Source: Octopus bimaculoides (lineage: Eukaryota). From it: a stretch of 42,381 nt of DNA. A program made the position numbers and the translations under genes. The stretch is from NCBI RefSeq assembly GCF_001194135.2, contig NC_068988.1:93726280-93768660 (forward strand). The letters run 5' to 3'. Below, piece by piece: positions 12,471-24,143 of this stretch (the stretch's first letter is position 1; each line of letters begins with the position of its first letter). The notes beneath the pieces were generated by a model that worked only from the letters and a program-made list of their open reading frames with translations, made no database searches and was not told the origin of the DNA.

Positions 12471-13679
12471 ATGCGGGGTTTCCGCCTTAAAAGTTTAGTC
12501 AAATCAATCCCATTACTTATTGTTTCCAAGTCTCTTACAATTTCTCTTACTATCTCCGTCCATTATAAACCCACAGCCTCACACCCTCCTCTCAACTTCT
12601 CCTTCTCCCATCCATACCAAACTCTTCGTCCCTTACTCTCTGTTCCTCCGTCTCCGTGACTTAGAGACACAATCCCAATACATATAGCAAGCCACTTCAC
12701 CCAACGGCGACACCCCGACACACTGTTATCCGATCCGCCTCCACCTGTGTGCCCTATCCGCTGACCTTGCATCCGCTCTCTTTCCCGCACCCGCCCACCT
12801 TTAGCTCCTCACCTACAACCTCTCCACCCTCCTCTCCAATGCACCATTCCTTGGGCTTTCTGTCGAACTCAGTCTGACCCCGCTGACCACTTCACCACCC
12901 ATATCTTCCTCAATCCATTCCTCCCCTCCTTCAAACGCGCCCACAACCCACGTGACCTTCCTGTTCGCAGCCTCCTCACTTCCGGCGTTCAACCTGGCGC
13001 CTTGCCTTGCTTTCGACGACATCAAAGAACTGGACTGGAAAGAACTGGCTGACTGTATGCCTGCAGAACAACACGAAGGAACTGAAGATCCTTGGCACGC
13101 CATCTCCGAGTCGCGGAGAGAACTCCTGGCTGGCTGATCCAGAAACATTGTATTTGCGGCTTTCTTCATTTAAGAAGGTAGATTGTAATCTTCGGTAAAA
13201 TTTTCCAGTTATTTCTAGAAAATGGAAGGAGCACGTGAGGAATGGGCCGAGACTACTTCGCCTGCATTCAAGTCTGAAACCATTCCTAAAGAAAGAATGT
13301 TAACTATATGTGTGCGTGTTCTTTAACCCTGATTGAGCAAACTTACAATCAGAGATATTCTAGTAGTGGCCAACCCGTTTGTTGTCTTTCGTTTTTTCTT
13401 TTTAGACAAAATACATTAAAAAAAAACACATTTATTAATATGACCTTTTTCTTTTAAGAAGGCAAGATGCAATTTTCAGAGAAGTTTGCCAAATATGTTT
13501 AGAAGGTTGAGCGACCAACTAGAACAGGGACGGAGACTAATTCACTCACATTCAAATCAGAAACTATCTTCTAAGGAAATTCTCTGAAAAAAATCTGCAT
13601 AAATAAAATAAGATAAACAGTTTTAAAGACATTGGTGCACAACAGTATTCCACATATAATTATCTCGAGTATTTGTTTG

Positions 13680-13850
13680 CTCTAGTTCCCTTCGTGTTGT
13701 GCTGCATGCATACAATCATCCAGTTCTTGCTTCCAGTCCAGTCTTTGATGTCGTCATTCCATAAATGTTTTTGACAGCTTCTTCGCTCTCTTCCTCTTCG
13801 CACTTCCTGTCAAGATGGTCTTGAGAAATCTTACCACCTGGGGTAGCTCT
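13680..13850 (-). mobile_element. RTE-clade LINE 3' coding fragment
   Basis: RRGR...W.DDIKDWTG...W pattern typical of RTE C-termini. Confidence 0.65.
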
Positions 13851-14300
13851 TGAGTTTCTTTTTCCTCCCTTTGGGAGGTGGGGGGGGGGCGCGCAACCCT
13901 ATACAGGTATATACAGCAGGCTCAAAAGTAGCGACCCCATAAAAGCGACCGCCCCACGCGCATCTATCATTCTAGCTACGCTTCTGGCTGATACATATTT
14001 TATCCATCTACCCATCTGCGGCCGTTGTTTCTGGGAGGTTCGAGTGGGGTGGGTAGAGAACCCAGGCACCTCCTTCATAGTTTAATAAATTCCAAGCAGT
14101 ATCTCTTTACCTGCATGTAATTATTGCTGTTGTTACCTGTAAAAGGCCAACGCAGTTTGTCCTTTACGTGCGATAATAAAATCCTCTGTTAAATGTTCGT
14201 GGGTGATGTTCACTTATTCTTATTTGCCCAAGAAAATATTTTCATTCATCAACTCAACTAGTCACCATCACCAGACGACGACGACCACCACAACCACCAC

Positions 14301-14340
<40 letters not shown>

Positions 14341-15519
14341 GTCATCAACAACTAAGCGACAAGCTTAAAAGAAGTCAATTCTAATCTCTTTGTTCTGATT
14401 CAAGGAACTGGGTTCGAAATTGAACGCTAAATAATTTTAGAAACATTGAAGAAAAAATAAATACGCTACCCTGTCATGGACAGGGAGTCTCTTGCGAATG
14501 AAATGTTTCCAAAACAATCGTCGATTCATATAAATAAACAACGGTGTATGAACAACATAGCTTTGCTTCTCAAAGTCAAATAATGCAACCACGCACGCAC
14601 GCACACACACACACACACACAAACGCGCAAGCGCGCTCGCTCTCGTTTCCTCTTCCTTTTCCTCTTCTGCTGCTCAACATTACATAGAAATATTTTGTTC
14701 AACGCTTCCCCTCATCTCTCAACTGTAAAGTTTCATTGGCAACCGACTAACATGAAGAACCGGGTTAATCAGAATTCCTCCACCATTAGCTTACCATTGA
14801 TATCATAAAAATAAAGAACATTGAGGTTTTCTTTTTAACCAAAACAAAAAAGAAAATTTACTGTTTAGCCCCAAGACAACCCCGAGTAAACAGATCCTAT
14901 GATCAACATATGAACGAACCATAACCACCTTGTCTTTTTATACATCTGGGACCACATTATGTCTCTGTCGTAGAGTGTAAGTGTTGCTTCGACGAATGAA
15001 AATATGTTTCTTGGGTTGAACAACACCAGCGGATATTTTACAGAGGGTTTTATTATCGCACATAAAGGACAAACTGCGTTGGCCTTTTACTGATAACAAC
15101 AGCAATAATTACCTACTGGGAGAGATATACTGCTAGGAGTACAACACGCTACAGATACAGCAACAGGCAGCTTGCCCAACATAACTGGAGAAAAAAGAAA
15201 TGTGCTATAAGCGTAGTAACTGTGGTTCTTGGTAATTTTTTAGGTGTTTATGTGACAAGAAAGGAGGCACGTGTCACGTGGCTGTCTCAACAATCTGCAA
15301 TTATCGCCAAAAGCGGCCTTCAATAGAGCACAAGAAGATTCTAGAAGACTGAATTACGCAATAGCTTGACACTGATTGGTTGCTTAATAGACCGATCACG
15401 TGAAACTATTGTAGTCTATTCATAATATCTGACCGGTTACTTAGCGCTTCGGTTTCGAATCCCCGTTACATCATTGAAAAATGGGTCCTTTCATTTTGTA
15501 AGATAGCGGAGTGTGAATT

Positions 15520-15775
15520 AGGGATGCGTGGGGCCTAGTGGTTCGGGTGTTGCACTCAATATCGCAAGATCGTGGTTTCTATTCCCAGAGTGGGTGGTAT
15601 ATTGCGTTCTTGAGTAAGACTCTCCATTTCGGGCCATTCCAGTCCACTCAGTTTTAAAATGAGTAACCCTGCAACGGACTGGCGTCCCGTACAGAGGGAA
15701 TGTTGTAATCTCGGACATTTATATGCTGTGGAATACGGGTAACTGGCCTAATGAGTCATAGGACTTCAGATACGA
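15520..15775 (+). mobile_element. tRNA-derived V-SINE-like element
   Basis: gcctagtggtt..gtgttgcactc head plus aaccctgcaacggactggcgtcccgtacagagg, a V-domain-like core. Confidence 0.7.
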
Positions 15776-15989
15776 ATGTCCAGGAGTCAATGATGATGAA
15801 AGTGTGATTTTGGAGGAAATTTGGGTGTTATTTCGAGTGGATCCAGTGGTCACATACAGGCTTCTTACAAAGCTCATTTTAAAACATAGTTAATGATTAT
15901 AGCGAGAATGTTGCTGGCGAAAACCAATTTAGAGAATGCATTTAGTTCAAAATATATACGATATATACAGAAGCAATTATATTCTATCA

Positions 15990-16500
15990 TATACGTGATC
16001 TGATCAATAAGTATCTGGATTGTTACAATAGTAACGAAACTAAAGCACGCAGAATCTGCATCAAATTTTGCCAGAAGTTTGGCGATGCCTGCGCAAAGTT
16101 TTCATCGTTCTCGATACAACCAAGGAGATTTTGTACAACCAAAACCCGAGTGTCATTTTGGCCAGCTTAAAGCAGTTTTGGCACTAACACGCGTCTCACA
16201 CCCAAATCTTCAGTGACAACGGACTGACTGAACTGAACTCATCTGCACATCCTCTGATAACTCACGGATGATGATTCGACGATTTCCTCTCCCAGCTGCA
16301 CACATATCTCTGTTTTTCTCAGTTCTGTTGGCTGCGGGTCTCCCAGAAAATCGTCAATATCGACATTCTTTCGGCCATTTTGGAAACGTCTGAACCTCTC
16401 GTACACTTGTGTTCGACTCATATACTCCTCTTCATACACGTTCTGCAACACTGCGTAGGCCTCTGAGCAGGTATCGCCACAACTTTCTCTGTCATGGTCA
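15990..16500. mobile_element. Mariner relics (N-terminal HTH region on the minus strand; TIR-like start on the plus strand)
   Basis: AYAVLQNVYEEEYMSRTQVYERFRRFQNGRKNVD; tacgtgatctgatcaataagtatc followed by RICIKFCQKFG. Confidence 0.75.
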
Positions 16501-16833
16501 ATGCGACGATCACACGCTACACACCTTCCTTCTAAGCAATGCTGTAAACAGCGGAAGTGAGCTAGAACGTTAAAACTTTGTGCGCATGTACAGAAGAATC
16601 CATACGTAGTTACAATGTCAAGAAACAAAAATTTAAAAGAGAGATTCATGAAACTCAGGACTAACATTAAAGTAAAAGGCACATAAAATATTTATTCAAT
16701 CTAATAGAAATAAATAAAAACAAATATTGTCTGAAACTTTCTGTAGTAAATAAAGAGAGAAACAATGAAACCCAAGAGTGAAGGGTGACATTTCATTTGG
16801 GAAGAAGTTATGAAAGTTATAAACATACTGTGA

Positions 16834-16902
16834 AAGCCCTGATATGGTCCTTGTTTAAGCCCTGATATGGTCCTTGTTTAAGCCCTGATATAGTCTTTGT
16901 TT
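16834..16902. repeat. 3 x 23-bp minisatellite aagccctgatatggtccttgttt
   Basis: Units at 16834, 16857 and 16880. Confidence 0.95.
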
Positions 16903-16982
16903 AATCTCCCTTCATCAAGTAGAGCGATCACAAAAGACGTCAGATTTTCAGTTGTGATAATCCTGTCTTTTTGCAGATACTC

Positions 16983-17275
16983 TTTACTCTCTCCCTTTTA
17001 CTCTTTTACTTGTTTCAGTCATTTGACTGCGGCCATGCTGGAGCACCGCCTTTTAGTCGAGCAAATCGACCCCACGACTTATTCTTCGGAAGCCTAGTAC
17101 TTATTCTATCGATCTCTTTTGCCGAACCGCTAAGATACGGGGACGTAAACACACCAGATTCGGTTGTCAAGCAATGTTGGAGGGACAAACTCAGACACAC
17201 AAACAAATACACACACATACATATATATACATATATACGACAGGCTTTTTTCAGTTTCCGTCTACCAAAGGCACA
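16983..17275 (-). mobile_element. Family A SINE (tail and middle)
   Basis: Reverse complement of the 4409-4835 tail. Confidence 0.85.
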
Positions 17276-17324
17276 ATGATAGATGTTTTACTCTAGAGAA
17301 GATATTTGGCTACTCCAGGGGGGA

Positions 17325-17364
<40 letters not shown>

Positions 17365-17403
17365 AAATATATAATACGTATAAAATATGTATTTATGTAT
17401 GTA

Positions 17404-17452
<49 letters not shown>

Positions 17453-18286
17453 TGAACAGGAATGGAGGATGTCAAATCTTTGAGGATTACATCATACAGG
17501 ACCAATAATCGTTTCTATCGTGTAAGCATTTTTAGATATAGAAAAAGGTACAAAATACAAATCAATCCATGTAAGATCGATTGTAAAACTCAATGTATCC
17601 AAAATTTATGCGAATGCAATGTGTTATCAAGGTAACCCATGATACTTGAATTCAAAGTGAACTGATAGGATGGCTATTATACCTCAACATAGACAAAAGA
17701 GCTTTAAGAAGAAATATTATATGTTTAGAAAAGCCAAAACTCATGATGATGTCAATGGTCAGTAAAATAATAAAAAATATAAACATAAAAAAGGCTACCA
17801 CAGTACATTTAGTTATCTGGCTAGTTAAGAATGCTAGAAATAATTTTTTTTTAAATTTAGAAAAATTATGTTTATTAATTACAAGAAAAGCAATTACAAT
17901 GAAAGTGTTGCTCACTATTGAAATATTTAAATGCTTTTCTATACCTATGTGAACATTTCAATGTAAGATTGGTGCAAGTATTTAATAATTCTAATTCTGA
18001 ATTATATAACACATTTCCTCAAGGCAAAGTTCACGTTCAAAATAACACAACAGAAACAATCATTGTTTTTGTATGATATAATTCTGAAATAAAGATATGA
18101 CATTCTCCATTCTAGTTCATCTTGTTAGATACACTGGGTTTTTAGAAATTCTAGCAAACTTTAGATTTATTTATTACACTGGGAGAATAACTGTGGATGC
18201 TATTTCTATTTTAATCAAGTTTTAACCACTGAATGTTTACAAGTGCCTTGATTTATTAAACCATATTACCTGTTATTTACACACAC

Positions 18287-18332
<46 letters not shown>

Positions 18333-18536
18333 CTTCAGGTGTCAATAAGTCTACAACTGTTCAGAAATTATAATTGCTTGCATGCAAAAATGCTGTCTAT
18401 ATGAAAATAACTCTTAGAGTTTGCCCATTCATTCAAATTTCTTATTTTCTTGATACGAGTGTAGTGTTTGAAATATCAAGAATTATTAATAGCAAATGTC
18501 ACAGGTTTGATAAAGGCAATATTGAAAATGAGTTCA

Positions 18537-18608
18537 TCAGGTTATTAACCATTTTTTTCTGATGTGTTTTTCCAGATCTTGAAGTGTTGACCTTTCCTTA
18601 GGCTGAAT
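18537..18608 (-). CDS. Pseudokinase terminal exon O ([23 protein letters not shown])
   Basis: Acceptor atttcttgtttcag; PxxR(P/S)T motif of subdomain XI; TGA at 18537-18539 followed by AT-rich putative 3' UTR. Confidence 0.85.
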   Translation of the reverse strand: MQPKERSTLQDLEKHIRKKWLIT

Positions 18609-19193
18609 CTGAAACAAGAAATAGTAATTATTATTATTATTGTTCAGTAGTTTTATTTTTATAACATGCTTTCACTTCACTACCGAGCGCAGCTCTGTGC
18701 GCCTTGGGTATGTGCTGTGGTTTGCTGTGGTGCTCTTATGTTTACTGTATTGAAAATGTTTTGCATAGAATGTGTGCAGTGCCCAGTAGTGCAATTTTCT
18801 GTATGTTATATATATTTGTAAGTCCTGGTGTTTTTGTTATGTATTTGTCTGAATATTTTTTTTATTATACCTAAGGTACCTACTATGATAGGAATTGCTT
18901 CTGTTTTTAGATTCCATATTCGAGCTACCTCTATTTCCAGGTCTTTGTATTTTGAAAGTTTCTCCATTTCTTTTAGGGAAACGTTGTCATCTGCTGGTAT
19001 TGATACATCAATTAGAAAGCATTTTTTTCCTTCATGATCTTTTACAACTATATCTGGTCTATTGGCCTTAATTTCTCTATCTGTGTGTATTGGCATATCC
19101 CAGAGTATGGTTGCTTTCTCGTTTTCTGTGACCTTTTCTGGCGTGTGTTTATACCATCTTTTTTCTGTTGTTATTCCATAGTGTTGGCATAGC

Positions 19194-19238
<45 letters not shown>

Positions 19239-20467
19239 TTATTTCAACTGTCTGCATGTTCTGAGTTCAAATTCCACTGAGGTCAACTTTGCCCTTCAAC
19301 CACTGGGGTTGATGTGGTCGACTAGTTCCCTCCCCCAAAATTTCAGGCCTTGTGCCTTTAGTAGAAAAGATTATTATTATTGTATTTTATAAAAGAGTGA
19401 CGTAACTCTTCAAGAAGGTAAATAGACAATAAGAAGAGCATGATGCGACTATAATAGATTGAGAATTGAATGGTTTGAGTGATATTTCGATAGCTTGTTT
19501 GTCTTTCTCAAGTTCAAATTGTAAAATGAAAACAACTGCAGAAACACAGAAATTAGAAATATAAATGAGGAAATCCTGTGTTCTTATTTTGATAGCATGA
19601 CATTACATCAGTTTTCAATTTTATAACTGGTAAAAGGAAAAAGAAAAAAAGAAAGAAGAGAAAATAAAAATTAAAAAATATTTAGTTGAACAGTTTTGTG
19701 TCAATGTGATGAAATTCACTTGTCATTTTATTCGTTCCTTCAGGGCGTGATGTCATTAATTCACAAATATATTTGTCCTCGTGCATTTTGAGGACTAAAA
19801 GTGTAGTAGTTTCAGAAAATTTTATGAGAATGTGCACTTTCAGGTGTTCCTCAAAATTGCAGCCACTCGTACATCGAAAGCCCTAAATAAGAGTATATAA
19901 ATATTGAGCTGTAAAATCCCTTTTAGGGAACTCATGTCTCCAGTATACATGACAGATGTTCTACCATTGCACCAAAGCAGCCATTTGAATTTCTTTATCC
20001 ATTTTAGAAACTTTATTCATATCAGTGAGAATTGGATGTTGTTGAAGTCATAAGAATTTATAAACTTTTGAGAGAACATGAAATGAAAACTGATTTTTTT
20101 TTGGAAATGCATCTCAAATTACATATAAAATCATAAATAACAACATGTAAAAAGATAAAATAGTATTGTTAACTTACTATCCAACCATAATGAAGGATGC
20201 ACTTTATCGAACTAGGAGTATAGTTACATTTCCAGCCTCTCTTTGTCATCTAAAACGCAAAGCAAAAACCAAATTAGAGTTATAACCTAATAACACCTAA
20301 AAGGTGAACAGAGTTCATTATTTACATTTGACAGATATTTGTCCTCATCTTGTTTGTTGTTAACACAACGTTTCAGCTGATATAGCCTCCAGCCTTCTTC
20401 AGGTGTCTTGGGGAAATTTCAAATCTGGGTTCTCATTCCTAAGGTATTTTTCGATGTTGTTGTTATT

Positions 20468-20526
<59 letters not shown>

Positions 20527-23500
20527 TGTTATTATTCAGATTACTGCTTGGAATCGAACTCAGAATCTTGGGGTTAGTAGCCTGCGCTCTTAACCACTAC
20601 GCCATATGCCCGTGGGGTCAATTCATTCAACAAAACTTCTTCAGGGTGGTGCCCCAGCATGGTCACAGTATAATGACTGACACAAGTAAAAGATACACGA
20701 TAAAAAAGTATCAGCCATATATATATTTACCTCTCCCCACACTTCCTCCCGTGGCAAGTGTATAAGGTCATCATGGACTACAACTTTGGAGTAGAGCTCC
20801 TTCAGCAAGCAGCAAATACCCCAGACATCAGCATTATTGAAATATTCATAATTAAATTGAAACTGTGAAAATAATAAATTAAAATAATCATAATTAAATC
20901 GAAACTGTAAAAATAATAAATTGAAATAATCATAATTAAATTGAAACTGTAAAAATAATAAACTTTTCCTCATTAGTAATAATATATAATATAAAGGCAG
21001 CGAGCTGACAGAAACATTAGCATGCTAGACGATTTCGTCTGTCTTTACGTTCTGAGTTCAAATTCCACCGGGGTCGACTTTACCTGTCATCCTTTCGAGG
21101 TCGATAAATTAAATACCAGTTGCGTACTGGGGTCGATCTAATCGACTGCCCCATTCCCCCACAATTTCGGGCCTTGTGCCTGGAGTAGAAAAGAATATAT
21201 AATTTTGTCTATTAAACATTGTAACGCTGTGTACGATGTAAGGGAGGTAACTCCCTATTAGTTGCCAAATAAAGTCGACCGTTGGTTGATTAACGTTCTT
21301 TGTAAAATATGTCTTCACATTGTTAATTATGGTTTAATCTATTCCGATCGATCTCTACGCAATTATGCACTTGGCTTTCCTTCAATGTCTGTGTGTGTTT
21401 GTTAGTGTGTTGACAATTAGTACAGTAATAAACCAAGCAGTTAGTGTTGGTTTGTTTACGTCCCCACAATTTAGTGGCAAAGCAAGAAAAAAAAAAGAAA
21501 GAAATCAAAACACATATACAAATGAATAAGTACTAGGCTTTAAAAAAATAAGTCCTTGGGTGGATTTGTTCAATTAAACCCTTCCAGAGAGTACTCCAGC
21601 ATGACCGTAGTCCGATGACTGAAACAAGCAGGTGATAGAAGATAAAAAATATGTACCTTTAATTTTTTTACCTGTTTCAATAATGATTGGACAGCAGGTA
21701 ACAGAATTGGAAATGAAATTCCAGATGTAGAACCAGAACCTGGAATCAAAGGGTCTTAAAGTTGGCCTGGCAAAGACCAAAGCTATGGCATTACTCATCA
21801 TTATCATCGTTTAACGTCTGCTTTCCATGCTGGCATGGGTTGGACGATTTGACTGAGGACTGGTGAACCAGGTGGCTACACCAGGCTCCAATCTGATTTG
21901 GCAGAGTTTCTACAGCTGGATGCCCTTCCTAACGCCAACCACTTCAAGAGTGTAGTGGGTACTTTTACGTGCCACCGGCACAAAGGCCAGTCAGGTGGTA
22001 CTGGCAACGGTCATGCTCAAAATGGTGTATTTTACGTGCTAGTTACTTAGAGATCTTGCCAGTGCTGGTGCCATGTAAAAAGCACCCAGTGCACTCAGTA
22101 AAGGACATCCAGCCATAGAAACCAAGCCAAAACTGACATTGTAACTAGGTGCTGACCTCTGAGGTTGTCAATTACTATCAAACCAGCCCACCCATGCCAG
22201 CATGGCGAAGGGAACATTAAATGATGATGATGATGATGTGTGTGTACATACACACACACACATATGTGTGTGTTTATATATTCTGAGGAAGGTTGAGCAA
22301 CTGCCATCTGTAGCCAGCAGGTATCCGCTACTGAAGATGGGAAAAGACCTAGAAACCATATCCTACTAGTCCTGATAAAGCTGGAGGGGAGTAGCTCGCT
22401 CCCTTTCTCACAATATACCAGACACAGGTTGTGTGTCATTAACCAGTTGTGCCTATTAATATTTTTTTAATATATTTATATATGTATTTAAGGGTCTTTG
22501 TGTTTGTCTCTCACTACTGCTTGACAACCAGTGTTGGTTTGTTTACATCACCATAACTTATCGGTTTGGCAAATAGGGACTGATAGAATAAGTACAAGAC
22601 TTAAAATAACTACTGGCGTAGATTTGTTCAAGGTGGTGCCCCAGCATGGTCGCTGTCCAATAACTGAAACAAGTAAACGATAAAAGATTTTAAATATTCT
22701 CAACAAAACAAAGAATACTTACTTCTGGGGGCAAAATTGTTGGGAATACAAGATTCTTTGTTGTTTCCACGTTCAGGTGTGAAGTGAGAGAAGCTCCCAA
22801 GTGAAAGTTCGTTAACTGTGGAATTCTTTTTTCATTCAATAATAAATTATTAGCTGAAAAACCACAAAGTTAAGCAGATCAGTTTCAGAATGACTGTAAT
22901 GATAAAAATCCCAAATACTATCTCCGCAACTAAATATATATGTAAAGGTAACACACTCAGTCGCATTAACAAAAGGATGTAGGTTCAATTCCCACATGGA
23001 TAGGAAAGCCTTCTTTTTCTGTCAAGGACTTATATGTCCCTTTATTAGACTATTTTCCTTAGTCGTTGCACAGTGATTGCTGTAAGCTATAAGCTAATAT
23101 AAAAATATTGGGTTGTCCAGAAAGTTTGTGCCGATTTTCCAAAAGGTTCTTCTCACTCAACACAGGCACCCCAGGCTAAAGAAGGTCTTCCCCCATTTAA
23201 GGTGCTGTTATCTGTTCGGTAGGATATGTATGAAAGGTTTAGTCCACTTAGAACTTTTAAACTTAAACCAAACGATAACAAAAGAGATCTACTGCGAGCA
23301 GCTTGTGCGGCTTGAGTCAGCGCTAGAAGAAAAACAACTGTCTTTGGTTTTAAGACAAAAGGTATTCTTCCATTAGGATAATGCTCGGCCACATACAGCG
23401 AGGATGACATTCCAAAGGCCGGAGCTGTTTGAATGGGAAACAATGCCTCACTCACCATATTCACTGGACATTGCCGCATCTGATTATCATTTGGATGGAA

Positions 23501-24112
23501 AAAACACGAATTCTGTAGACGAGGTCAGAACAGTACTAGAGGAGTATTGTTCCTCATGGTCAAGTGAATTTTGGGTGAGGGGCCTTGCAAATCTACCAGA
23601 TAGATGTAAGAGCATTGTAGAAAATGAAGGAGAGTATATTTTAGATTAAAAAAGAACTTTGTTTATCTTAATTTTGAAGTATAAAAAACCACATTATTTA
23701 TGGGATGACCCAGTATATGAGCAAAATAATTAAAATATGTTTGTGACATATTTCAATTGCTAAAAGGCAAATTCACTGCAGTTACAATGGTAAAAAGGTG
23801 TTTTTACACCTTTCTATCATAGAGAATTTTTTCTCCATAGTAACTGCAGTAAATTTGTCTTTTAGTACTTGAAATATGTCACTAACATATTTTAACTAAC
23901 CTAAAGATTTTTGCTTCTGCCTAAACTCTGCTNNNNNNNNNNNNNNNNNNNNNNNNNNNNNNNNNNNNNNNNNNNNNNNNNNNNNNNNNNNNNNNNNNNN
24001 NNNNNNNNNNNNNNNNNNNNNNNNNNNNNNNNNNNNNNNNNNNNNNNNNNNNNNNNNNNNNNNNNNNNNNNNNNNNNNNNNNNNNNNNNNNCACACACGC
24101 ACGCACACAAAT

Positions 24113-24143
<31 letters not shown>

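Noticed and set aside
16834-16902. Short direct repeats as CRISPR
   Set aside because: No spacers, no cas genes and a eukaryotic context; the same applies to the 42-bp and 16-bp repeats.
17660-17952. Short plus-strand frames (MAIIPQHRQ..., MMMSMVSK...) as a convergent gene
   Set aside because: No supporting splice chain or motif; AT-rich and probably 3' UTR or intergenic.
20543-20612. tRNA gene
   Set aside because: A and B boxes are present but there is no complete cloverleaf; it is a SINE head.
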